Shown piece after piece: positions 31,063-40,040 of a DNA stretch of 64,000 nucleotides. This DNA is from an uncultured virus (IMG/VR IMGVR_UViG_2706795104_000001). Lineage: Duplodnaviria > Heunggongvirae > Uroviricota > Caudoviricetes > Herelleviridae. The notes beneath the pieces are model-generated. The model had not been told where the DNA came from. It worked only from the letters and a program-made list of their open reading frames with translations, and did no database searches. Position numbers and translations under genes: made by a program. Within the stretch, counting starts at the first letter, position 1. Each line of letters opens with the position of its first letter. The stretch lies in IMG/VR virus record IMGVR_UViG_2706795104_000001, positions 64,001 through 128,000 of that record; one strand, given 5' to 3'.

Positions 31063-31362
31063 ATGGTTGTGAATAGAAAAGAGATTGCAAGACGTGCGGC
31101 CCACATCGGTAACTACGACATTGGTGGGACGGAAGAACTAACAAAGATAATCGAAGACGTGATTGTTAACGCTCTAGCAAATGGAGAGAGTGTGAAGTTC
31201 GGTAAAGTATGTAAATGGGAGATCGAGGAAGTACCTAAGAAGAAAGCATATGACGGTCTAAATAAAAAGTATTTTACTAGACCAGCGAAACGCATACCGA
31301 AATACAAACCGTTAAAACGGATTACGGACATCGAGCTACCAGTACAAAAGAAAGAGGAGTAA
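31063..31362 (+). CDS. HU/IHF-like (TF1-like) DNA-binding protein
   Basis: NRKEIA...IVNALANGESVKFG...PAKRIPKYKP pattern. Confidence 0.85.
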   Translation: MVVNRKEIARRAAHIGNYDIGGTEELTKIIEDVIVNALANGESVKFGKVCKWEIEEVPKKKAYDGLNKKYFTRPAKRIPKYKPLKRITDIELPVQKKEE

Positions 31363-31391
31363 CGATCCTCTTTTTTCTTTGTAATTTATTG

Positions 31392-31420
31392 TTGACTTAT
31401 AGACAAAGTTACAGTAATAT
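31392..31420 (+). promoter_or_regulatory. SigA-type promoter driving the methyltransferase cassette
   Basis: ATTGTTGACT-17-TAATAT after terminator AAGAGGA-GTAACGA-TCCTCTT-TTTT. Confidence 0.7.
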
Positions 31421-31463
31421 TATCTACAGATACAGAATACACTATTAAGTTGAGGAGGTAATC

Positions 31464-32486
31464 ATGGACGAGCTAAGAGTAGTAGAACTGTTTGCAGGAT
31501 ACGGTAGCCAATCAATGGCACTGAAACGAGCAAACATCAATTATAAAACTGTAGCGATTGCAGAGATTGATAAGGACGCATTAATCTCTTATGAAGCAAT
31601 CCACGGCAAACCAAACAACCTAGGAGACATCACACAGGTAAAAGGAGAGGACGTTCCTGACCATGACTTCCTGACATACTCATTCCCTTGTACAGACATT
31701 TCTGTATCAGGTGCAATGAAAGGTCTATTGGAAGGTTCGGGTACAAGCTCTAGTACGTTATGGGATGTAAAGAGAGTAATAGAAACGAAGAAACCTAGAT
31801 TCCTAATGATGGAAAATGTAGACAACCTTGTTATCAAATTCATGGACGATTACTTAATGTGGTTAGGATTCTTGAAGTATCAAGGATACACAACAACATG
31901 GAGAGTCATTGACGCATCTCCTTACGTACCACAAAGACGTAAGCGTGTTATAGCAATCTCTCAGTTAGGAAAACAAGGATTCGTATTCCCTGAAGACCCT
32001 ACAGAGCGTACATACGACCTGATAGATGTACTAGAAGAGTTTGACGATGCAGAAGCATTAGAGAGCTTTAAAGACCCTACAGTGCGAAGCTATACAGTAG
32101 ACCCAGTTACATATTATAACCCAAACTCAGATTACTATAAACTGCAACCTGAGAATAGTAGAGCGTCATTTATCGGGTACATAGGAAACCAACCGAAACA
32201 GGCTACAAGAGTATATGAACCTATTACGGCTTCAACACTGACTGCTAATGGTGGCGGCCAAGGTGGAAAGACAGGTCTGTATCATCTAGGTACACATATC
32301 CGAAACCTCAGTCCATTAGAAGCGTGGCGCATCATGGGTGTGAGTGACGAGGACTTTTACAAAGCAAAAGCGACAGGTATCAAGAAGACCCAACTACTAC
32401 GTCAAGCAGGTAACTCTATTGTAGTTGATATCATGGTACCGATATTTGAAAAGCTCTTTAAAGATTATATGAAGGAGACAAACTAA
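31464..32486 (+). CDS. C5 DNA cytosine methyltransferase 1
   Basis: LFAGYG (I), SFPCTDIS (IV), MENV (VI), PQRRKR (VIII), TLTANGGG (TRD), QAGNS (X). Confidence 0.93.
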   Translation: MDELRVVELFAGYGSQSMALKRANINYKTVAIAEIDKDALISYEAIHGKPNNLGDITQVKGEDVPDHDFLTYSFPCTDISVSGAMKGLLEGSGTSSSTLWDVKRVIETKKPRFLMMENVDNLVIKFMDDYLMWLGFLKYQGYTTTWRVIDASPYVPQRRKRVIAISQLGKQGFVFPEDPTERTYDLIDVLEEFDDAEALESFKDPTVRSYTVDPVTYYNPNSDYYKLQPENSRASFIGYIGNQPKQATRVYEPITASTLTANGGGQGGKTGLYHLGTHIRNLSPLEAWRIMGVSDEDFYKAKATGIKKTQLLRQAGNSIVVDIMVPIFEKLFKDYMKETN

Positions 32487-32487
32487 T

Positions 32488-33153
32488 ATGACAAAAAAGA
32501 AACTAAAGGTATTAGAACTTTTTGCAGGAACCAGGTCAGTAGGTAAGGCATTCGAAGCACAAGGACATGAGGTATATAGTGTTGAGTGGGATCAAAAGCA
32601 CCCAGGAATCCATTGGTACGCAGACATTTCTAAAATCACTGCACAAGAGATTATTGAACGATTCGGAAAACCTGATATCATTTGGGCTAGTCCTGATTGT
32701 ACAAGCTACTCAGTAGCAGGTATCTCGCATCACCGTAGAAAAGACGATGACGGTAACTTACGTCCTATTAGTGAGTATGCCCAATTCTGCGACACTACAA
32801 ACCAACACGTAGTAGATTTAATTCGTGAACTTCAACCGAAGTATTACTTCATTGAGAATCCTCGTGGTGGAATGAGAAAGATGAACTTCATGCAGGATGA
32901 CGCTCTACCGAATGGTGGTAAACGTCATACAGTTACATATTGCCAGTATGGTGACACTCGAATGAAACCGACTGATTTATGGACTAACCACCCTGATCCG
33001 AAATTTAAAGCTCCATGTAAAAACGGTGCTCCTTGCCACGTAGCAGCACCTCGTGGAAGCGCAACAGGTACGCAAGGTATAAAAGGGTCTGTAGACCGTT
33101 CACGCATCCCTGAGGAGCTATGCAACCACGTAGCGAAGATTTCTGAGGAGTAA
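32488..33153 (+). CDS. Short atypical DNA cytosine methyltransferase
   Basis: LELFAGTRS (I), WASPDC (IV), IENP (VI), YCQYG..MKPT (VIII-like). Only 221 aa. Confidence 0.75.
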   Translation: MTKKKLKVLELFAGTRSVGKAFEAQGHEVYSVEWDQKHPGIHWYADISKITAQEIIERFGKPDIIWASPDCTSYSVAGISHHRRKDDDGNLRPISEYAQFCDTTNQHVVDLIRELQPKYYFIENPRGGMRKMNFMQDDALPNGGKRHTVTYCQYGDTRMKPTDLWTNHPDPKFKAPCKNGAPCHVAAPRGSATGTQGIKGSVDRSRIPEELCNHVAKISEE

Positions 33154-33198
33154 GCAATAGGGCACCGTAATGGTGCCTTTATTTATTGGAGGTAATCT

Positions 33199-34182
33199 AT
33201 GACAAAACTAAAACTAGTAAGTTTATTTAGTGGTATCGGGGCATTCGAGAAAGCGTTAGAAATACTAGGGGTTGACTACGAGTTAGTAGCGTTCTCCGAA
33301 ATAGACACGTATGCAATCCAATCCTATTGTGCGATACACAATATATTTTCCACCAAGAACTTAGGAGACATCAAGAAAGTAGATTATAGTAGTGTCCCTG
33401 ACTTCGACCTAATGACGTACGGATTCCCGTGTCAGGATATATCGTCAGGAGGTAGGGAAGCAGGACTAGCAGAAGGTAGTAACACTCGTTCTAGTACGTT
33501 ATGGGACGCTATGAATCTAGCCAACACAAAGAAACCAAAGTATATGATTGCAGAGAACGTGAAGAATCTACTCAGTCCGAAATTCAAGAACGACTTTGAC
33601 AAATGGATGAAACGTTTAGACCAGATGGGGTACAACACATACTACTCAGTTATCAACGCTAAAGATTTTGTACCACAGAATCGGGAGAGAGTATTCGTAG
33701 TGAGTATTCGAAAAGATGTAGATAAAGGGGACTTCACATTCCCTACAGACTATGTATCCCTTACAAGATTACACAATATCATGGAAACAGATATACTGAC
33801 TAAATATTATTTACGTGATGAGATTCAGCAGCGACTAGACTTCGATGCAGATGGTTGGGTTAGTCCCGAGAACACGAATGAAATTTTACGGATCGGTCAA
33901 GTATCTAGTAAAAAGAGTCAAGCAGGAACTGTGTACCACTCGGACGGAATATTCCCTACAGTATGTGCAGGTACTCACGGGTACGCAATGGGTTACGTAT
34001 TCGAAACTTCTACAAAACTAGCAAGGAGAATAACACCATTAGAAGCGTGGAAACTAATGGGGTTCTCGGAAGAGGATTACCAAAAGGTTAGAGATATAAT
34101 GAGTGATACGCAACTGTATAAGCAAGCAGGAAATTCTATCGTAGTCGATGTTGCAGTAGCATTACTACGTCAACTATTCTAG
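33199..34182 (+). CDS. C5 DNA cytosine methyltransferase 3
   Basis: LFSGIG, GFPCQDIS, AENV, PQNRER, TVCAGTHG, QAGNS. Confidence 0.93.
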   Translation: MTKLKLVSLFSGIGAFEKALEILGVDYELVAFSEIDTYAIQSYCAIHNIFSTKNLGDIKKVDYSSVPDFDLMTYGFPCQDISSGGREAGLAEGSNTRSSTLWDAMNLANTKKPKYMIAENVKNLLSPKFKNDFDKWMKRLDQMGYNTYYSVINAKDFVPQNRERVFVVSIRKDVDKGDFTFPTDYVSLTRLHNIMETDILTKYYLRDEIQQRLDFDADGWVSPENTNEILRIGQVSSKKSQAGTVYHSDGIFPTVCAGTHGYAMGYVFETSTKLARRITPLEAWKLMGFSEEDYQKVRDIMSDTQLYKQAGNSIVVDVAVALLRQLF

Positions 34183-34247
34183 AGGGAGCAATCCCTCTTT
34201 TTTGTGTCTATTATATTGTTGACTTATAGTATATGATATAGTAAGAT
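34181..34247 (+). promoter_or_regulatory. Terminator closing the MTase cassette, then promoter for polA
   Basis: AGAGGGA-GCAA-TCCCTCT plus T-run; ATTGTTGACT-17-TAAGAT. Confidence 0.7.
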
Positions 34248-34280
34248 TAGAGAAGATTATATGAAGGAGGAGGGGAAAAT

Positions 34281-34436
34281 ATGCCTAAGTTTTTACTGCT
34301 TTTATTTTGCGCATTACTTTTTGCAGGAGGGACAGACGACTGGATTAAGGGTAACACACCGTCAGCCGTGTTCTTCTTTATTGTAGGTGCAGGAGTATCC
34401 TACCACTTGTTCTTCCGATTCCTAGATGAACAATAA
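34281..34436 (+). CDS. Small membrane protein (51 aa), not in ORF track
   Basis: AGGAGG RBS; MPKFLLLLFCALLFAGG...AVFFFIVGAGVSYHLFF. Confidence 0.6.
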   Translation: MPKFLLLLFCALLFAGGTDDWIKGNTPSAVFFFIVGAGVSYHLFFRFLDEQ

Positions 34437-34455
34437 TAAATAAGGAGGACGTAAC

Positions 34456-37400
34456 TTGAAAGCATTATTTCTACAAGAATTTGTAAGAGAGAGTCATATG
34501 CAACGACAGAATGACGGATCGTTTAAGAACATCTTCTTCCAAACCAACGGAGGAAAGTTATTAAAGAAACTGATCCACGAAGGGCTAGAGTTAACGAAGA
34601 ACGACTACTACATAGATTACGCATTCTTCAAAGTACCTGATGTTATTACTCGTGATAATCGAGATAGAGCCATTAAGTACAAGCCACCAACTGCAAAAGA
34701 ATCGAAACCTGAATACGAGAAACTGTACCAACGTATCGTACAGGACAAGCCTGACATCATTATCCCTTCGGGTAAACTCGGATGTAAGGCTTTACTTAAT
34801 ATAGCTGAGATTTCTAAGCTACGTGGAGTGCCACAGCAAGTTACAATCACTGCTAATGTGGACATGTTCGATGAGAGTGCAGTTGTGGAAGGTGTAGATA
34901 ACTCAGGTTGGGTTACAGAAACATACACACATACATGTTGGGTTATGCCAATCTACTCTATGGAGTATATGCTCGTTAATCCAAAGATTCAGAACTTAGT
35001 AGAAGCAGACTTCGGTACACTGAAGAAGTATGTGGAGCAAGGTGACAACGCATTTATTGCAAAAGATGTAAAGTATGAAGACGTTACGACTATTGAACGT
35101 GTTCGAGAAATATTCACAAAGATAGTAAAAGAATCACCCGTTGTAGCATGGGATTTAGAGACCAACACGTTACAGGCTGAGAAACAAGGTTCTAAGCCAC
35201 TAGTAATCTCACTTTCTTGGAAAGAGGGAACAGGTGTAACCATTCCACTAGAGCATAAGGACTGGACATGGCTCCCTGGACACTTAGCCGAGATTTACAA
35301 CTACATAAAAGAGTTTGTTGCCGATCCGAAAATTATTAAAGTCGGACACAACATCAAGTTCGATATCAGGTTCCTACGTCTGTCCAAAGGATTTACAGAG
35401 TTCAATAACCACCGTGATACAAAAACAATGTATTACTTACTTGTAAACCAAGACGTAAAAGGTACCTTACGATTATCTGATTTAACGTTCGAATTTACCG
35501 ATATGGGTGGATATGATAGAGCGTTAGAAGACTTCAAGAAGGATTACAAGGAGAACTACAAGAAACAAGAGAAAGAACGTATCGCAGCTTTAAAAGCAGA
35601 ATGGAAAGAGAAATGTGCAAAAGAAAGAGCAGACGTACAACAACAAGTTAAGAGTGCAAAAGGTGAAATACGCACACTCAAGAAGCAATCTCCTACACCT
35701 GAAATTCTCACTAGAATAGAGAGACTGCAAGAGGTCGCACAACGTAAATATGTGAAACCTCCGATGCCCGATTTTGGGACCGCAGGAGCACCAGTCAATC
35801 CTGTAGACGGATCGGACTTCTGCTATGAATGGATTCCATTATTCGAAATGCTTTCTCCGTACGCTAGTGGTGACGTAGACGTGTGTTTACGCATTTACAA
35901 CCAACTAGACCAAAGATGTAAGCAGAAAGGCTTAGAGCACATTAGAGAGCTTTATACGAATCATTATCCACAACTATCTGCAACACTTGCTAAAATTGAA
36001 GCAACAGGTATCAAACTAAACATCCCATATGTAAAAGCACTAGCCGAAGCATACCAAAAAGAAGAGGATCGTTTAGTAAGTATTATTCGTAAGTTCCCTG
36101 AAGTAAAGCAAATGGAGGACGAACATCGCCAGCTTTACCAAATGGGGTTAAACGAACTTATGAAGCCTGTAGCTGAAAGGGACAAGAAGATAGCGGCCTT
36201 ACGTGACAAGTACAAGGACAAGCTAGAGTTTAATGCGAACTCACCTGATGATAAGAAGGAAGTCATGTACAAGATTACAGGTATTCGACTACCGTTCGAT
36301 AAAGAGCGACTAGTTGACTCTGTATTCGAGAAGGGACTAAAAGAGGAAGAGATTGAATGGTTCCACTATAAAACGAATACAGCAAACATGGAGTATATCG
36401 CTAAGGAGTATCCTGAGTACAAAGAGTTAATGGAGCATTTAATCCATCACTCACTTGTTAAAACACGGAAACAAAGTTTCACGTACAAGTTCCTAGGTAT
36501 GGTAGACGCAGACGACATTCTACACGGTACGTTCAACCCTGAGGGTACAGAGACATCTCGTCTATCTTCAAAAGACCCGAACTGTCAGAACTTCCCTCGT
36601 AAGACGGAAGATGTAACTCGTTTCGACTACCAACATCCTATTAAACGAATGTTCATAAGTAGATTCCCTAACGGAGCACTACTGCAACTCGATTACTCTT
36701 CTCTAGAATCTCGTATCATGGCATTAATTGCATACGATGAAGAGATGATTGATGCATTCTTAACAGGTAAAGATGTACATACGCACACTGCTTCACTAGT
36801 ATTCAAGAAACCTGAAGAAGAAGTAACAGGTGACGAACGTACAAACGCTAAACGAGTAACATTCGGACTTGCGTACGGGGAAGCACCATTCTCATTCGCA
36901 CCTAAGTACAACATGACAGTAAAAGAAGCAGAGAAACTGTTCGATGACTACTTCAAGAACAAACCGAAGATTAAAACGTACATTGATGAAACGAAAGAGA
37001 AAGCTAGACAGACAGGATTCATCTCTTGTATGCAAGGTTTCACTCGTAACTTACGAGACGTGTATTCACAAGATAAACAAAAACGTAATGGTGCATTACG
37101 TCAGTCTGTAAACACACAAGTACAGGGATCAGGTGCATACTTAACGAATAACTCTTTAATCTACATCAACAACATTATCGAGAAACAGGGATTACGTTCT
37201 CGTATTGTTCTAACTGTACACGATAGTATTGTAATAGATTGCCCACCTGAAGAAATTCATATGATGGCTCACATCGGTAAAACGGTAATGGAAAACTTAC
37301 CGATCCCTTGGTTATTCATTGAGTGGAAAGGTGAAACAATCCGATTCCCTATTACTGCCGATGTAGAGATTGGTACAACTTACAATGATATGGTTAACTA

Positions 37401-37572
37401 CGATAAGGAGGAACTGAACACATTCCAAAAAGTAGAGAACTACTGTAAGTACCATATGGACTTAAAGAGCGTAAAGCATTACAAGGAGTCAGGTGTCATT
37501 ACAGACGAGAAAGCAAAAGAGTTAAAAGCCATGATTGAATCTAAGAAACACGAGTATCAAATGGCTATATAA
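34456..37572 (+). CDS. polA: Family A DNA polymerase with N-terminal UDG-like and 3'-5' exonuclease domains; uninterrupted
   Basis: WDLETN, GHNIKFD, YASGD (Exo I-III); DYSSLESR, RTNAKRVTFGLAYG, TVHDS (motifs A-C). Confidence 0.95.
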   Translation: MKALFLQEFVRESHMQRQNDGSFKNIFFQTNGGKLLKKLIHEGLELTKNDYYIDYAFFKVPDVITRDNRDRAIKYKPPTAKESKPEYEKLYQRIVQDKPDIIIPSGKLGCKALLNIAEISKLRGVPQQVTITANVDMFDESAVVEGVDNSGWVTETYTHTCWVMPIYSMEYMLVNPKIQNLVEADFGTLKKYVEQGDNAFIAKDVKYEDVTTIERVREIFTKIVKESPVVAWDLETNTLQAEKQGSKPLVISLSWKEGTGVTIPLEHKDWTWLPGHLAEIYNYIKEFVADPKIIKVGHNIKFDIRFLRLSKGFTEFNNHRDTKTMYYLLVNQDVKGTLRLSDLTFEFTDMGGYDRALEDFKKDYKENYKKQEKERIAALKAEWKEKCAKERADVQQQVKSAKGEIRTLKKQSPTPEILTRIERLQEVAQRKYVKPPMPDFGTAGAPVNPVDGSDFCYEWIPLFEMLSPYASGDVDVCLRIYNQLDQRCKQKGLEHIRELYTNHYPQLSATLAKIEATGIKLNIPYVKALAEAYQKEEDRLVSIIRKFPEVKQMEDEHRQLYQMGLNELMKPVAERDKKIAALRDKYKDKLEFNANSPDDKKEVMYKITGIRLPFDKERLVDSVFEKGLKEEEIEWFHYKTNTANMEYIAKEYPEYKELMEHLIHHSLVKTRKQSFTYKFLGMVDADDILHGTFNPEGTETSRLSSKDPNCQNFPRKTEDVTRFDYQHPIKRMFISRFPNGALLQLDYSSLESRIMALIAYDEEMIDAFLTGKDVHTHTASLVFKKPEEEVTGDERTNAKRVTFGLAYGEAPFSFAPKYNMTVKEAEKLFDDYFKNKPKIKTYIDETKEKARQTGFISCMQGFTRNLRDVYSQDKQKRNGALRQSVNTQVQGSGAYLTNNSLIYINNIIEKQGLRSRIVLTVHDSIVIDCPPEEIHMMAHIGKTVMENLPIPWLFIEWKGETIRFPITADVEIGTTYNDMVNYDKEELNTFQKVENYCKYHMDLKSVKHYKESGVITDEKAKELKAMIESKKHEYQMAI

Positions 37573-37588
37573 TTTCTGTAACTTTTCG

Positions 37589-37649
37589 TTGACACACAGA
37601 ATAGGATAGTGTAATATACTAAGAGAAGAGACAAGCAGTTTCTTCTCTT
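37589..37649 (+). promoter_or_regulatory. SigA-type promoter with an inverted repeat over +1
   Basis: TTGACA-17-TAATAT; AAGAGAAGA (37621-37629) / TCTTCTCTT (37641-37649). Confidence 0.6.
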
Positions 37650-37676
37650 TAGTTTAAAGGATAGAGGTGAGAGTAT

Positions 37677-38216
37677 GTGCTAGATATTAAAGTGGACAGC
37701 ATAGATTTTCAGGAGCTTAGAATCATTGATGAAAACGGAGAGTACGTGATGTACGACATGAGAGAAGAGTTAAAGGTGAATGAAGCCAACCTTCTTCAAG
37801 AAATGTTACATCAACCTTCGAAGTACATCTATTGGTCTTCTATTCTTGAAAAAATAAAATTCTTCCAAGAGAAGACAGAAATGCAGTTAGAGCTTGTTGT
37901 TGCAAAGTTTGATTCTGAAGCAAGAGAGGAAATCAAGAAGAACGGGGACAAGCCTACAAAGGACAGCGTAGATGCTTACATAAAACAAAAAGAAGAATAC
38001 GTAAGTGCAAGAGAGCAATGTCACTACTACGAATACATTGCAGGAAGACTTGCACGGATCGTAAAAGCATTCGAACAACGTAAAGATATGTTACAGTCTT
38101 ATGGTAAGCAAATTGCTGAAGACAAAACATATGGAGCAGGAGCAGGTTCTCGTATAGAGCAGACACCATTCCCTGCACCAACACAACAAACGCAATATTG
38201 GGGAGGTCATCAATAA
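37677..38216 (+). CDS. Conserved helical protein, possibly UvsY-like recombination mediator
   Basis: Coiled-coil ORF with KPTKDSVDAYI, between polA and ssb/recA. The UvsY call is inference. Confidence 0.55.
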   Translation: MLDIKVDSIDFQELRIIDENGEYVMYDMREELKVNEANLLQEMLHQPSKYIYWSSILEKIKFFQEKTEMQLELVVAKFDSEAREEIKKNGDKPTKDSVDAYIKQKEEYVSAREQCHYYEYIAGRLARIVKAFEQRKDMLQSYGKQIAEDKTYGAGAGSRIEQTPFPAPTQQTQYWGGHQ

Positions 38217-38551
38217 TGTTAGAAGGAGTTAAAAAAGCTTTCTTCGGTACAGAAGGTGTTGTAGAACCTGGTTACGTAGAAGTTAATCCGATTGACGATG
38301 CAGTAGCTGCTAAACTAGGTTTTAAAGTAGCAGAAGGTCAATACAAGGACGTACAGATTAACTTGGAAACAGGAGAAGTATTTTTACTTGAAGAAGTAAT
38401 CGTAGATACACCACCTGAGTTCTCCAAGGATCGTTTCTTAGTAAACATGATGGCAGACTTCGCTAACGCAAATAACGTAGTCCTTCCGAAGTGGACTGCC
38501 GAGCCGTTAAAAATTGCAAAAGCTATTGCAGATTGGGAACCACAAAATTAA
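38216..38551 (+). CDS. Hypothetical protein
   Basis: TAATG coupling, GGGAGG RBS. Confidence 0.65.
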   Translation: MLEGVKKAFFGTEGVVEPGYVEVNPIDDAVAAKLGFKVAEGQYKDVQINLETGEVFLLEEVIVDTPPEFSKDRFLVNMMADFANANNVVLPKWTAEPLKIAKAIADWEPQN

Positions 38552-38656
38552 AAAAAATAGTCTCTAACTCATAAAAAGTTATAGACATATGATATAATAT
38601 ATGTTAGACTGTTTATAGAGTTAAATATTAAGAGAAAACTAGGAGGAATTAATAGT

Positions 38657-39949
38657 ATGTCATTTGCTGATATCATTAACAACGAACAAAAGGTTTTAGA
38701 GCAAAATAGTGGTAACGACCGAGTGGAGTACCCGCAAACGAAACAGAAGCGTCTATTCTTCGAGAAAGACCAACGTGAGTTAATCATCCAAGTATTACCG
38801 ACTGCTGATTTATTCGGGCAGTTCTTCGTTCCGATCCGTAAAATCTTCTTATCTGCTAAAAGCTCTAGCGGTAAAGACGTTAACTCTAACTTCACGTTAG
38901 ACGCAGACGCTAACCCAGGTTCTTTACTAGAACAGAAGATTACAGAGTGGGCAGGATTAGGAATGATTCCTAACGGTTATGGTGGACAAGCATCACCAAG
39001 ACGTACATATTTAGTTAACGTTGTTCGTATCGTACAAGACCCAACTTCTAAACAGTGGGTACAAGAGCGTGACGCAAACGGACAATTAGTAACACGAGTG
39101 TTTGAAATGCCACAATCTGCATTCTCTAACTACATCGAGAAGTTAAAGAATCCGTTGTTAAATACTTCAGGATCAGACTTATCGTTCATGGATATTAACC
39201 GTCCAAACCCAATTCAAATCACGAAGCCTGAGAAGAACAGTAACTCTAAAGAGTACAAAGTGGATGTATATAGTAGCATCGTTTTACCTCCATTAGGTCA
39301 AGGTTGGGAACAAACATTAGAAGACCTACAGTTACAAGCTACGCCAACGGAACGCTTAGTAAACGGTGATAAATGGGTACAAGCTTTCATTGATATGAAG
39401 GAAGGTCGTAAGCCGAACCAAGGTAGTGCAGGAGCACAGCCAACGGCACCACAACCTACATCTAATCCATTTGGAACCTTTCCTGGACAAACAGTAGGGG
39501 CACCACAACAACCAATGGGACAACCTGTAGGACAAACGGCTCCAATGCCTACGTATCAACCACAAGGGCAGCCAGTACCGATGCCAACGTATCAACCACA
39601 AGGGCAACCTGCACCAATGCCAGCATACACAGCACCTGCACCACAACCTGTAGCACCTGCACAACCAAACATTGTGATGCCTACAGGCATGGAACAAGGC
39701 GCAGGGGCAGTAGAACCTGATCCATTCGATATCGGTGTACAAACTGACTTATCTCAGAACGGTGGAGTTGCACCACAACCTACTCAACAAGTAGCGCCAA
39801 CGGCTCCAACAACACCTGCACCAACATATACAGCACCTGCAACACCTGCACCAACTGGTGAGCCAACAATTCCTGCTCCTAGTCATGCAACAGGTGGATT
39901 ACCTAACATCGAAGACCTGTTGTTAAAAACTGAGTTAAACGCTCAGTAA
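38657..39949 (+). CDS. Single-stranded DNA-binding protein (gp32-like) with long Pro/Gln/Thr/Ala tail
   Basis: IIQVLP...YLVNVVRIVQDP...VFEMPQS core; acidic/hydrophobic end; upstream of recA. Confidence 0.7.
   Translation: MSFADIINNEQKVLEQNSGNDRVEYPQTKQKRLFFEKDQRELIIQVLPTADLFGQFFVPIRKIFLSAKSSSGKDVNSNFTLDADANPGSLLEQKITEWAGLGMIPNGYGGQASPRRTYLVNVVRIVQDPTSKQWVQERDANGQLVTRVFEMPQSAFSNYIEKLKNPLLNTSGSDLSFMDINRPNPIQITKPEKNSNSKEYKVDVYSSIVLPPLGQGWEQTLEDLQLQATPTERLVNGDKWVQAFIDMKEGRKPNQGSAGAQPTAPQPTSNPFGTFPGQTVGAPQQPMGQPVGQTAPMPTYQPQGQPVPMPTYQPQGQPAPMPAYTAPAPQPVAPAQPNIVMPTGMEQGAGAVEPDPFDIGVQTDLSQNGGVAPQPTQQVAPTAPTTPAPTYTAPATPAPTGEPTIPAPSHATGGLPNIEDLLLKTELNAQ
39542..39622 (+). repeat. 36-bp in-frame tandem repeat (PMPTYQPQGQP[V/A]) x2.2
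   Basis: Read directly in DNA and protein. Confidence 0.85.
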
Positions 39950-40040
39950 TAAAAGAATAGTAGTATCAAAGTTACCTAGCCATTCTGTGGCTAGGTTGAC
40001 TTAGGTTATATAATCATTATTGACTAGGGGGCAACAATAA

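Noticed and set aside
31464-34182. GCNGC (Fnu4HI-like) specificity as the explanation of the GGCC context bias
   Set aside because: It explains GCGGCC but not GCGGTCC/GGACCGC. CCGC/GCGG explains both.
31464-34182. A complete restriction-modification system
   Set aside because: No endonuclease gene lies within or beside the cassette.
34456-37572. Group I intron or intein in polA (also checked the nrdA, nrdB, recA and helicase ORFs)
   Set aside because: The reading frames are continuous with normal motif order and no intein splice-junction or endonuclease motifs.
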